64,000 nucleotides of DNA from Actinomycetota bacterium (GTDB taxonomy: Bacteria > Actinomycetota > UBA4738 > HRBIN12): NCBI GenBank assembly GCA_040004125.1, contig JBDUBL010000002.1, positions 5,338 to 69,337 of the forward strand, in the 5' to 3' direction. Below are positions 36,888-45,924 of this stretch, piece by piece. Below the pieces are notes generated by a model, which saw only the letters and a list, made by a program, of their open reading frames with translations, made no database searches and was not told the DNA's origin. The position numbers and the translations under genes are program-made. How positions within the stretch are numbered: the stretch's first letter is position 1; each line of letters opens with the position of its first letter.

Positions 36888-38090
36888 CTACTTGCGCTTC
36901 GGCGGTCGAAACGCGCTGCGGCGTCCCTTCGGTCCCCCGCTGAACACCACGCGCGGCGGGACCACCTTCATTCCCTCTTGCTCGAACTCTTCATGCAGAT
37001 CAAGCCGGGCAGCCATCCGCGACACGTCGCCCTGCTGATCCGGCGTCACGAACGTGATGCTGGTCCCCGATCGCCCGGCGCGCGCGGTACGACCGACCCG
37101 GTGAACGTAGGCCTTGTCGTCCTGCGGCGCGTCGTAGTTCACGACCAGGGTGATGTCATCGAGATCGAGTCCGCGCGCGGCGACGTCGGTGGCCACGAGC
37201 ACCCCCACGTGGCCCTCGGAGAATCGCTTGAGCGCCCGGTCGCGGGCCTCTTGCCGCATGTCGCCGTGCAGCGCGAGCGCGGGCACCTCTTGGGCCTTGA
37301 GCTGCCGGGCCAACGAATCGACGGCCCGCTTCGTATTGACGAAGACGAGCGTGAGTCCTTCCTGCGCCTGCGCCAGCTCGATCAATGCGGAAAGCTTGTC
37401 GTGCACCGGCACCGGCACGAACCGGTGGTCGGCCTCATCCACCATCTGGTTGTCGTAGCCGCCGATCTCGTGCTGGACCGGGTCGCGGGTGTAGACCTGG
37501 GCGATGCGCCCGACGGCGCCATCGAGCGTCGCGGAAAAGAACATCGTCTGGCGATCCTTCGGCAGACGCCGAACGATCCGATCGACCTGGGGCTGGAACC
37601 CCATGTCGAGCATCCGGTCGGCTTCGTCCAACACCAGGATCTGGATGCCGTCGAGATCGACGATGCCTCGGGTCGCGAGGTCGTCGAGTCGGCCGGGCGT
37701 CGCGATCAGCACGTGGGTCCGGTCGACACCCTTGGCCTGCTCCTTGACGTTCGTACCGCCGTACACCGCCATCACCCGCATCTTCGACGCGTCGGTGATC
37801 GCCAGGAAGTCCTCGCAGACCTGTTGTGCGAGCTCGCGCGTCGGCACGAGCACGAGCGCGGCCGGCAACGGGCTCGACGCGGGATCGAGCTGGTCGACGA
37901 TGGGCAGCGCGAAGGCCAGGGTCTTTCCGGAGCCGGTCTTCGAACGGGCCAAGGTGTCGCGCCCGGAACGGGCGTCCTCCCACACCATGGACTGGATCGG
38001 GAAGGGTGCGGTCATACCACGCGCTTCCAGTGCCGCGGCGACCGGCTCGGAGACCCCGAGTTCGCGAAAGCTCTCGGGTACCTCGGTCAC
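36888..38090 (-). CDS. DEAD-box ATP-dependent RNA helicase
   Basis: Q-motif PFPIQ, Walker A SKTGSGKT, DEAD box VLDEAD, SAT, HRVGRTARAG, and a basic C-terminal tail. Confidence 0.9.
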   Translation of the reverse strand: MTEVPESFRELGVSEPVAAALEARGMTAPFPIQSMVWEDARSGRDTLARSKTGSGKTLAFALPIVDQLDPASSPLPAALVLVPTRELAQQVCEDFLAITDASKMRVMAVYGGTNVKEQAKGVDRTHVLIATPGRLDDLATRGIVDLDGIQILVLDEADRMLDMGFQPQVDRIVRRLPKDRQTMFFSATLDGAVGRIAQVYTRDPVQHEIGGYDNQMVDEADHRFVPVPVHDKLSALIELAQAQEGLTLVFVNTKRAVDSLARQLKAQEVPALALHGDMRQEARDRALKRFSEGHVGVLVATDVAARGLDLDDITLVVNYDAPQDDKAYVHRVGRTARAGRSGTSITFVTPDQQGDVSRMAARLDLHEEFEQEGMKVVPPRVVFSGGPKGRRSAFRPPKRK

Positions 38091-38112
38091 CCGTCCAGGC
38101 TACCGCAGGTGA

Positions 38113-39090
38113 CTACAACTCGAACGCCCCGTCGAACGCGCCCACGAGGTGGGAAACGATCAGGAGCTGTGCCAGCGCAAGGGACTCGCTTCGCTCCGGA
38201 TCGCGCCCCGGCCCCCGGACCATCCCGATCCGGTCGCGCTGGAGCCGCTCGTCGGGGTGCAGCGAGGACCACAGCGCCTCCTCCAACTCCGCGCCGAGGC
38301 CCGCGGGACAATCACCATCGATCTCGAGCACGCTCATGGGGCCGCGGCGGTCCGTCCGCACCGACCAACGCACAGGGGTCTCGCCCCGGGCGCGGAACTC
38401 CCCGAGCAGTTCCCGCAGGGCCGGATACGGCAGGGTCGGGCGCACGATCACCCGCGCCGACAGCGGGCCGTCGTCGGACGCCCCGTGCTGCTGGTGGAAG
38501 CGCACGATCACATCCGCGTACTCCCGTTGTGGCCGGATGTACTGCGCGGCATCGGGCTCCCGACGCTTGAGCTCTGCCACGACGTCCTTCGGTGAATAGC
38601 CTCGTTCGAACACGTCGCGCTCGAGCTTCCATCGATGCCGCAGCGATTCCTCGGGCTCGAGGAAGACCGCCACATCGATCGCATCTCGCACCGATCGATC
38701 CGCCAGCGGCAGGAGACCTTCGACGATCACGATCTCACCCGGCTCCACGACCTCGTCCTCGCCGAACGTGCCGGTGTGATGGTCATACGTCGGCTTCGAC
38801 ACCGCGACGCCGGCGGCCAGCGCGCGCAGGTGCTCGGCCATCAGCGCCATCCGGTTGGCCTCGGGAGCCAACGGTGTCACGCCGAGCGTTGCCCGCGCCG
38901 CCCGATCGTGCAGGTGGTAATCGTCGGTGCACACGCGCCCGACGCGGCCGACGCCGAGGATGAACTCGACACCGCGTGACAGTGTGGACTTGCCCGACGC
39001 GCTGTCCCCGGCCAGCGCGAGCAAGACCGGGCGAGGCCCGGAACCGCTTGCGGCCACCCGCGGGGCGATCGAGGCGACGTCGTCGGACAT
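38113..39090 (-). CDS. Phosphoribulokinase-family kinase (cyanobacterial/archaeal class-I-like)
   Basis: P-loop AGDSASGKST, DDYHLHDR, KPTYDHHTG, IVIVEGL, RHRWKLERDVFERGYS and PQREYADVIV. These match my recollection of plant- and cyanobacterial-type PRK. Confidence 0.7.
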   Translation of the reverse strand: MSDDVASIAPRVAASGSGPRPVLLALAGDSASGKSTLSRGVEFILGVGRVGRVCTDDYHLHDRAARATLGVTPLAPEANRMALMAEHLRALAAGVAVSKPTYDHHTGTFGEDEVVEPGEIVIVEGLLPLADRSVRDAIDVAVFLEPEESLRHRWKLERDVFERGYSPKDVVAELKRREPDAAQYIRPQREYADVIVRFHQQHGASDDGPLSARVIVRPTLPYPALRELLGEFRARGETPVRWSVRTDRRGPMSVLEIDGDCPAGLGAELEEALWSSLHPDERLQRDRIGMVRGPGRDPERSESLALAQLLIVSHLVGAFDGAFEL

Positions 39091-39198
39091 GGGTGGCGAG
39101 CCTACCCCTTAGGGCGGGAGCGCCGGTATGCACGAGGACGACCGGCGGTCGCGGTGGGCGGTACCCTTGGCACCGTATCGAGGGGAAGGGAACGCCGG

Positions 39199-41040
39199 GT
39201 GGTCAACGACACACAGCGATGGAACGAACTCGCCGCACAGATCGCGGTGGACAGCATCCGGGCAACGACGGCCGCCGGCTCCGGGCACCCGAGCTCCTCG
39301 ATGTCGTGTGCACACCTGCTGGCCGTCCTGTTCGCCGACCACCTTCGCTACGACGTCAAGGACCCGGCCAACCGGGCCAACGATCGTTTCATCCTGTCGA
39401 AGGGACACGCCGCACCGGCGCTCTATGCCGTCCTGAAGGCCTCGGGGGCCTTCGACGACGAGCGACTGCTCTCGCTGCGCACGCAGGGGTCGCCGCTACA
39501 GGGCCACCCCGCACCGATCGCCGAGCTGCCGTGGGTCGACGTGGCGAGTGGCTCTCTCGGTCAGGGTCTCGCGGCCGGGCTCGGCATGGCGCTGGCGATG
39601 CGGATCGACGGCATCGACGCCAACGTGTGGGTCTTGTTGGGGGACTCCGAGATGGCTGAGGGCTCGGTGTGGGAGGCCATGGAGGCAACGGCGTTCCACC
39701 GGGCCGGAAACGTGACCGCCATCCTCGATCTCAACCGTCTCGGGCAACGCGGCGCCACCATGCACGGATGGGACTCCGACGTCTTCCGCGATCGCGCGGA
39801 GGCGTTCGGGTGGAGCGCGATCCAGATCGATGGCCACGATGTCGATCAGATCGATCGCGCCTTCCGAGACGCCCGCACCGATGACCGACCGACCCTGATC
39901 GTCGCGCGCACGCAGAAGGGCCATGGAGTGTCGTTCATGGCCGACCAGGAAAACTGGCATGGCAAGATCGTGCCGGCCGATCGGTTCGACGAGGCGCTGG
40001 GTGAGCTCGGCGGCGACCGAGGGGTTCGCTGCAGCCCTCCGTCGCCACCCGAGCTTTCCATCGCCCGCGTCGAGCGCGACACCGAGATCGCTCGGCCGGC
40101 GTATGACGGCGCGATCGCGACACGCAAGGCGTTCGGCGATGCGCTCGCGTGGTTGGCGGCGACCTATGACGACGTGGTCGTGCTCGACGGCGAGGTCGGC
40201 AACTCCACCTTCACCGAAGAGTCGGAGGCGGTCGCGCCCGAGCGATTCTTCCAGCTGTATATCGCGGAGCAATGCATGGTCGGGGTCCAGACCGGTTTGC
40301 AGGCTCTCGGCAAGACAGCGTTCGCCGCATCGTTCGGTGCCTTCCTGACGCGCGCGGCCGATCAGATCCGGATGGGGGCGATCAGCAGGGCGAACCTGCG
40401 CCTGTGCGGCTCACACGCGGGCATCTCGATCGGGGAGGACGGTCCCTCCCAGATGGCGGTGGAGGACCTCGCCCTGTTCCGTGCGCTCAACGGCTCGACC
40501 GTGTGGTACCCCGCAGACGGTGCGAGCGCGGTGGCCGCCGTGGAGCAGATGGCGCGCCAGGACGGCATCTCCTACATCCGCACCACCCGCGAGGCCACCG
40601 CGAAGCTCTATCCGACCGACGAAGCGTTCACGGCGGGCGGGTCCAAGACCCTTGCCACCACCGATCACGACGATGTCGCGCTGATCGGCGCCGGGATCAC
40701 GCTGCATGAATGCCTTGCGGCGCATGATCTCCTTGGGGCCGCCGGCATCACCGCGCGGGTGATCGACTGCTACTGCGTCAAGCCGATCGACGCAGCGACG
40801 CTGCGCCGTGCGATGACCGAGACGGGCACCTTGGTCGTCGTCGAGGACCATCGGGTGGAAGGAGGGCTCGGCGACGCGGTGCTGGACGCGCTGGCCGCCA
40901 CGGGCCCGCTCCAGGGCCGGGTGATCAAATTGGGGATCACCGAGATGCCGGGGTCGGCGACCCCCGAACAACTGCGTGCGTGGGCGGGCATCGACGCTGC
41001 CTCGATCGCGGCTCGCGCCCGCGAGGCCGTCGCGGGCTAG
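39199..41040 (+). CDS. Transketolase (single-chain form of the short/split type)
   Basis: GSGHPSSSMS, SKGHAAPALYA, TPP-binding GDSEMAEGSVWEA...LNRLGQ, and C-terminal pyrimidine-binding and TK-C domains. GTG 39199 lies 6 nt after GGGGAAGGGA. Confidence 0.85.
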   Translation: MVNDTQRWNELAAQIAVDSIRATTAAGSGHPSSSMSCAHLLAVLFADHLRYDVKDPANRANDRFILSKGHAAPALYAVLKASGAFDDERLLSLRTQGSPLQGHPAPIAELPWVDVASGSLGQGLAAGLGMALAMRIDGIDANVWVLLGDSEMAEGSVWEAMEATAFHRAGNVTAILDLNRLGQRGATMHGWDSDVFRDRAEAFGWSAIQIDGHDVDQIDRAFRDARTDDRPTLIVARTQKGHGVSFMADQENWHGKIVPADRFDEALGELGGDRGVRCSPPSPPELSIARVERDTEIARPAYDGAIATRKAFGDALAWLAATYDDVVVLDGEVGNSTFTEESEAVAPERFFQLYIAEQCMVGVQTGLQALGKTAFAASFGAFLTRAADQIRMGAISRANLRLCGSHAGISIGEDGPSQMAVEDLALFRALNGSTVWYPADGASAVAAVEQMARQDGISYIRTTREATAKLYPTDEAFTAGGSKTLATTDHDDVALIGAGITLHECLAAHDLLGAAGITARVIDCYCVKPIDAATLRRAMTETGTLVVVEDHRVEGGLGDAVLDALAATGPLQGRVIKLGITEMPGSATPEQLRAWAGIDAASIAARAREAVAG

Positions 41041-43334
41041 ACGCTTCGCATCGCCACCGCGGTTGGGATCCCTCCGAAGGCGTAGGCGATGATCTCCTCT
41101 GGCGGGACCGGCTTGGAGAAGTAGAACCCCTGGCCCAGCTTGCAGCCGCGCTCCCGCAAGAAGGCGAGCTCCTCGGCCGTCTCGATCCCCTCGGCCAGCG
41201 TGACGAGATCGAGGCCGGACGCGAGCTCGAGGAACGCCGCTACGATCGAGGCCGCCTGACGATCCTCATGCACGTTGGACACGAACGACCGGTCGATCTT
41301 CAACACGCGAACGGGCATGTGCCTCAGGCGAGACAGCGACGAGTACCCGGTCCCGAAGTCGTCGATCGCGATCGAGAAGCCCGCCTCGGTGAGTTCCCGC
41401 AGGATGACCTGCGCTCGATCTGGGTCCATCATCGCGGAGGTCTCGGTCACCTCGACCAGCACCTTCGAAGGATCCACGCCCCCCGCTCGGAACTCGCGCT
41501 GGATGCGCTCGGCCAGGTCCGGCTGCCAGAACTGCCTGGGCGACAGGTTGAAGCCGACCTCGAGATCGATGTCAAGCTCCTGCCAGGCCGCCACCTGGTA
41601 GGTCAGCTCGCGCACGACCCAGTCGCCGATACGCTCGATCAGACCGAGCTCCTCGGCAAGGGGGATGAAGTCGTCTGGCGGGATGATCGTGCCATCGGGC
41701 TCGATCCAACGGATCAGCGCCTCGACACCCACCATGCGGCCGTCCTCCAGATCGACGACCGGTTGGTAATACAGCGTCCAACGCTGCGCATCCACCGCCT
41801 TACGCAAACGCGTGACGAAATGCAGCCGCGCACTGGAATCGGCATCCGCACCGCCGGACAGCACGTAGTTCGTGCCGCCGGTGCGCTTGGCTTCGAACAT
41901 CGCCGTCTCCGCATTGCGCTGCAACGCGGCGGCGTCCTCCGCGTCTCGGGGAAACAGGCTGATGCCGACGCCCGCTCCGATATACACCTCGGTGCCATCC
42001 ACGGTAAAGGCTTCCGCCAGCGTCTCGTGCACGCGCTGCGCGACCGATTCCGCCCGCAACACCGCGCCATCGGGCCCGGTCTCCTCGCGATCGAGATCCG
42101 CGAGCAGCAACAGGAACTGGTCGCCCCCACGACGCGCCACCAGATCGGTTTCGCGCGTTGCTCCACGCAGGCGCTCGGCCACCGCCACGAGGAGCCCATC
42201 GCCTCCACGATGACCCAGAGAGTCGTTCACGAGGCGGAAGTCCACCAGGTCGACGCAGAGCACCGCGACCGCGCCGTCGTGGCGCCGGGCCCGTGCGACC
42301 GACAGCTCCACAAGCTCTTCGAACATCTCGCGGGACGGCAGCCCGGTCAGCTCGTCGTGATACGTGCGGAACGCGAGCTGCTCGTCGGCCCGCTTGCGGG
42401 CCGTGACGTCGAGCATCACCCCATGGGAGGCCACGATCTTGCCACGCTCGTCGCGAACGACGCGGGCTTGATCGTGGACCCACACCGCGTGACCTTCGCG
42501 ATGCACCATCCGGTACTCCAGCTCGAAGTCCTCCCCCGTCTCGTTGTGCCGCGCGTTCTCGGCGAGCGCACGCGCGCGGTCATCCGGGTGCAGGATGCTG
42601 GGCCACAGCTCCGGATCGTCCATCCACTCCTGCACCGAGTAACCGATCAGCGCTTCGATCTGCGGGCTGACGTAGACGGCGGCTGCCGCGTCGTCGGGGG
42701 CATCGATGTAGGTGACGAGCGGGCCATCCTCGACGAGGGAGCGGAATCGATCTTGGCGCCGCTGGTGCTCGGTGCGGAGCTCACCATGTCGCGCGGCTGC
42801 CTCGACCGCGGCCGACAGCGAGTGCACGACCTCGCCGTCGGCATCGCTCCACATGCGTGCTGACATTAGGTCGATGCCGACGAAGCCCCACCAGCCCTCG
42901 CCCGCGGAGATCGGCACGAGCCAGGTTGCGACGGTGCCTTCCGCGAGCAACGCGCCGCGAGCCGGCTCGTCCATCGCGTCGGCCGGCCCGACGATCTCTC
43001 GTCCACCGTCGAACACGTCGATCCAGTCGTGGAACGCCGGATGGTAGGGACGCAGGCGAGTGGTCGGCTCGCCGAGCAAGGATCGAACCCCCGGTGCGGT
43101 CCATTCGCCGATCAGATCCATCCACAAACGCCCGTCGTCGCCCCGCAGATTCTCGAAGGCGTAGCAGCGGTCGGCCTCCACCGCGGTCGCGGCGACGGCC
43201 AGGGCATCCGGCAGCCGCTCCCGCCAATCCTCGCCGGTGAGCAGGGCGCCAAGATCCCATCGGGACACGCCGCGGCCGGCTGCAGACGCACTGGTCTCCT
43301 GCATATCAGGGACATCGGCGGGCTTCACCGGCAC
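41037..43334 (-). CDS. GAF-PAS-GGDEF(degenerate GGDQF)-EAL protein, probable c-di-GMP phosphodiesterase
   Basis: The core is paralogous to 34575..36884. I-site RETD followed by RGGDQF. The EAL motifs are intact (EALIRW, DDFGTGYSS, KIDRSF, EGIETAEE, GQGFYFSKP). Confidence 0.8.
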   Translation of the reverse strand: MPVKPADVPDMQETSASAAGRGVSRWDLGALLTGEDWRERLPDALAVAATAVEADRCYAFENLRGDDGRLWMDLIGEWTAPGVRSLLGEPTTRLRPYHPAFHDWIDVFDGGREIVGPADAMDEPARGALLAEGTVATWLVPISAGEGWWGFVGIDLMSARMWSDADGEVVHSLSAAVEAAARHGELRTEHQRRQDRFRSLVEDGPLVTYIDAPDDAAAAVYVSPQIEALIGYSVQEWMDDPELWPSILHPDDRARALAENARHNETGEDFELEYRMVHREGHAVWVHDQARVVRDERGKIVASHGVMLDVTARKRADEQLAFRTYHDELTGLPSREMFEELVELSVARARRHDGAVAVLCVDLVDFRLVNDSLGHRGGDGLLVAVAERLRGATRETDLVARRGGDQFLLLLADLDREETGPDGAVLRAESVAQRVHETLAEAFTVDGTEVYIGAGVGISLFPRDAEDAAALQRNAETAMFEAKRTGGTNYVLSGGADADSSARLHFVTRLRKAVDAQRWTLYYQPVVDLEDGRMVGVEALIRWIEPDGTIIPPDDFIPLAEELGLIERIGDWVVRELTYQVAAWQELDIDLEVGFNLSPRQFWQPDLAERIQREFRAGGVDPSKVLVEVTETSAMMDPDRAQVILRELTEAGFSIAIDDFGTGYSSLSRLRHMPVRVLKIDRSFVSNVHEDRQAASIVAAFLELASGLDLVTLAEGIETAEELAFLRERGCKLGQGFYFSKPVPPEEIIAYAFGGIPTAVAMRSV

Positions 43335-43397
43335 CTATATAGGTGGAGAAGGGTTTCGGCAGGGTCGCAGGAAAACCGCCTGTTACCCTGTTCGGAC

Positions 43398-43673
43398 ATG
43401 TCCGACTACAAAGAGATCATCCACGAACGTCTCTACCTGAAGGTGCCCGGCGGGGACCGTCTGCGCAAGACCGCCGATGCCCGCCTGAAACACCTGCTGG
43501 CCAATGGATGGCGCGAGATGGAGCGAACCCAGACCGCGGACTACCTCCAGGTTCGGCTCGAACGTACCGGACATGCGCCGATGAAGGCGCGCTTGCCCAA
43601 GAAGGGACCCGAGATCCGCGATCAGCGGCGCCCGCGTCGTGACGGCCGCGGTGGCCCCGGCGGACGGCGCTAG
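43398..43673 (+). CDS. Small hypothetical protein with Arg/Gly-rich tail
   Basis: 91-aa frame MSDYKEIIHERLYLKV... No family recognised. Confidence 0.45.
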   Translation: MSDYKEIIHERLYLKVPGGDRLRKTADARLKHLLANGWREMERTQTADYLQVRLERTGHAPMKARLPKKGPEIRDQRRPRRDGRGGPGGRR

Positions 43674-43714
43674 CTTTCGCCCTTTCGGCCTTCACCGAAC
43701 ATCCTGCGGTTTTC

Positions 43715-43733
43715 ACGTTCTCATTCCGAACGT
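43715..43733. promoter_or_regulatory. Inverted repeat ACGTTC-N7-GAACGT in the relatively AT-rich region upstream of the KamA-family gene
   Basis: Arms at 43715-43720 and 43728-43733. A TATCAT -10-like hexamer lies at 43742-47. Confidence 0.3.
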
Positions 43734-43825
43734 TTTCCGGGTATCATCGTGATCTGCCGATGAAATGCCTGTTGCGCGGCTTGGTGTAACCCACCGCCCG
43801 TGCCCAATGCCCAGGAGGTGCCGCC

Positions 43826-45277
43826 GTGAGCGTGGAATTCCAGCCACATCCTTCGAACGTCCGCCCCGGTCACCGCGAAGCACACGCGCATGCGGGCGGT
43901 CAGCCCTTCTCCTACCCCCTGCAACGGGAATACATCGAGCCGGACTGGACCCGGCTTCCCGGGTATGCGGACGTAATCAAGGAGCAGTGGGAGTCGGCGC
44001 AATGGCAGCGCGCCCACTCGGTGAAGAACCTTGGCGAGTTCAAGGGGGCGCTCGGGGCGAACCTGACCGAGGAGCTGTACACGGATATCGAGCGCGACCA
44101 GCAGGAGCGCGCGACGATGTCCATGCTGATCCCCCCGCAGATGATCAACACGATGGACGAGACAGACCTGTACGCCGACCCCGTTCGTCGCTACATGGCC
44201 CCCGCGCTGTCCGAGCGCGAGCCGGAGTGGCCGAGCCACCCGCTGTCCAGCCGGGACTCGCTGCACGAGGCCGACATGTGGGCCGTCGAGGGCTTGACGC
44301 ACCGGTACCCCACGAAGGTGTTGGCTGAGCTGATCCCCACCTGCCCGCAGTATTGCGGCCACTGCACGCGGATGGACCTGGTCGGCAACGACACGTTGCA
44401 GGTGCTCAAGTACAAGTTCGAGATGAAGCAGAACGACCGCTGGGACGCGATGCTCGACTACCTGCGGGCGACGCCGCAGGTACGCGACGTGGTGGTGTCG
44501 GGCGGGGACATGGCCAACGTACCGGCCAAGCGGCTGCAAGAGTGGCTGTTCAAGCTGATGGACATCGAGAACATCCGGGACATCCGCATCGCAACCAAGG
44601 GCCTGATGGGGATCCCGCAGCACTTCCTTCAAGACGACGTGCTGCAGGCCTATGACGCCATCGCGACGCGCGCACGCGAGCGCGACATCGATGTGGCGCT
44701 GCACACCCACGTCAACGCGGCGCAGCAGGTGACGCCCCTGGTGGGCACGGCCGTGCGCAAGCTGCTCGACATGGGCTTCCGCGACGTGCGCAACCAAGGG
44801 GTGTTACTGCGCGGCGTGAACACCACACCGAACCAGCTGCTGGACCTTTGCTTCACGCTGTTGGATCACGGCAAGATCCTTCCGTACTACTTCTACATGT
44901 GCGACATGATCCCCAACGCCGAGCACTGGCGATTGTCCGTGGCCGAGGCCCAGAGCCTGCAGTACGCGATCCTCGGGTACCTGCCCGGGTTCGCGACCCC
45001 TCGCTTCGTCTGCGATGTTCCGTTCGTCGGCAAGCGTTGGGTGCATATGACCGACGACTACGATCACACGCGCGGGATCAGCTACTGGCGCAAGAACTAC
45101 AAGACCGGGATCGAGTTCGACGACCCCGAGGCGTTGCTGCGCCGCTACCACTACTACGACCCGATCTACACGCTGCCCGAGGACGGGCAGGAGTGGTGGC
45201 GGCAGGAGATCGCGGCCGGGCTCGACGATCTGCTTGCCGCGTTGTCCGCCGAACAGGGAATCGCGGTCGGCGCCTAG
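43826..45277 (+). CDS. KamA-family radical-SAM aminomutase (lysine 2,3-aminomutase-like) with long N-terminal extension
   Basis: CPQYCGHCTR CxxxCxxC cluster, VVVSGGD, YYFYMCD, and DVPFVGK (PLP-Lys region). GTG start after AGGAGG. Confidence 0.8.
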   Translation: MSVEFQPHPSNVRPGHREAHAHAGGQPFSYPLQREYIEPDWTRLPGYADVIKEQWESAQWQRAHSVKNLGEFKGALGANLTEELYTDIERDQQERATMSMLIPPQMINTMDETDLYADPVRRYMAPALSEREPEWPSHPLSSRDSLHEADMWAVEGLTHRYPTKVLAELIPTCPQYCGHCTRMDLVGNDTLQVLKYKFEMKQNDRWDAMLDYLRATPQVRDVVVSGGDMANVPAKRLQEWLFKLMDIENIRDIRIATKGLMGIPQHFLQDDVLQAYDAIATRARERDIDVALHTHVNAAQQVTPLVGTAVRKLLDMGFRDVRNQGVLLRGVNTTPNQLLDLCFTLLDHGKILPYYFYMCDMIPNAEHWRLSVAEAQSLQYAILGYLPGFATPRFVCDVPFVGKRWVHMTDDYDHTRGISYWRKNYKTGIEFDDPEALLRRYHYYDPIYTLPEDGQEWWRQEIAAGLDDLLAALSAEQGIAVGA

Positions 45278-45283
45278 GCTCGG

Positions 45284-45880
45284 CTACCAGCTGACATCGG
45301 CCGAACGACGCTGACGCCGCCGCTCCGCGGCGCGCGTCAGCTCTGCTCGCGCCTGAGCGGCGAGATCGGTCGGATCCGGCTGGCGATCGACGGGGACCGC
45401 CATACCGAGCAGCCGACACCACGTCTCGACCACGTCGGCGTCGGCCTCGGCGTCGGCGATCTGCAGGATGGCGTCCATCTCCAAGGGGTCCACCGCCCGT
45501 GGCGCGTGCGCCGACCAGGTGGAAAGCGCCAGCGCGGTGCGCTGGCGCCAACCCGTCGCGCTCGAACCGAACCCACACCGAGCGATCGCCGCGGCGGCCG
45601 CATCGGGGGGGCCGCCGACGTCGACGCCCAGCAGGAACGGGATCGGCGACTCGCCCGCGGCGGCCGCAACCCCGTAGGCGAAGCCGTCGGCCTGCCACAT
45701 CCCCACCGCCGCTCCCGCCCGCTCGGCGACCCCTTGCACGAGCGTGTCCAGGTCCTCGATCGAGTCGACATCACGCACGTGGCCACCGCGCCAACCCAGC
45801 CCGACGGGCAGCGACGACGGAAGTGCCGCGCCGAACGACGCCGCCGCCCCTTCCCGAAACGCGATCCACCGCACGTCCAT
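45284..45880 (-). CDS. Hypothetical protein
   Basis: 198-aa frame from ATG 45880 (MDVRWIAFREG...). The upstream part of the track ORF is Arg/Pro-rich junk. No motif recognised. Confidence 0.45.
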   Translation of the reverse strand: MDVRWIAFREGAAASFGAALPSSLPVGLGWRGGHVRDVDSIEDLDTLVQGVAERAGAAVGMWQADGFAYGVAAAAGESPIPFLLGVDVGGPPDAAAAAIARCGFGSSATGWRQRTALALSTWSAHAPRAVDPLEMDAILQIADAEADADVVETWCRLLGMAVPVDRQPDPTDLAAQARAELTRAAERRRQRRSADVSW

Positions 45881-45924
45881 GCTGCGTGCATCATCGGCGA
45901 AAGCAGGACGGATTTTAAGGAAGC

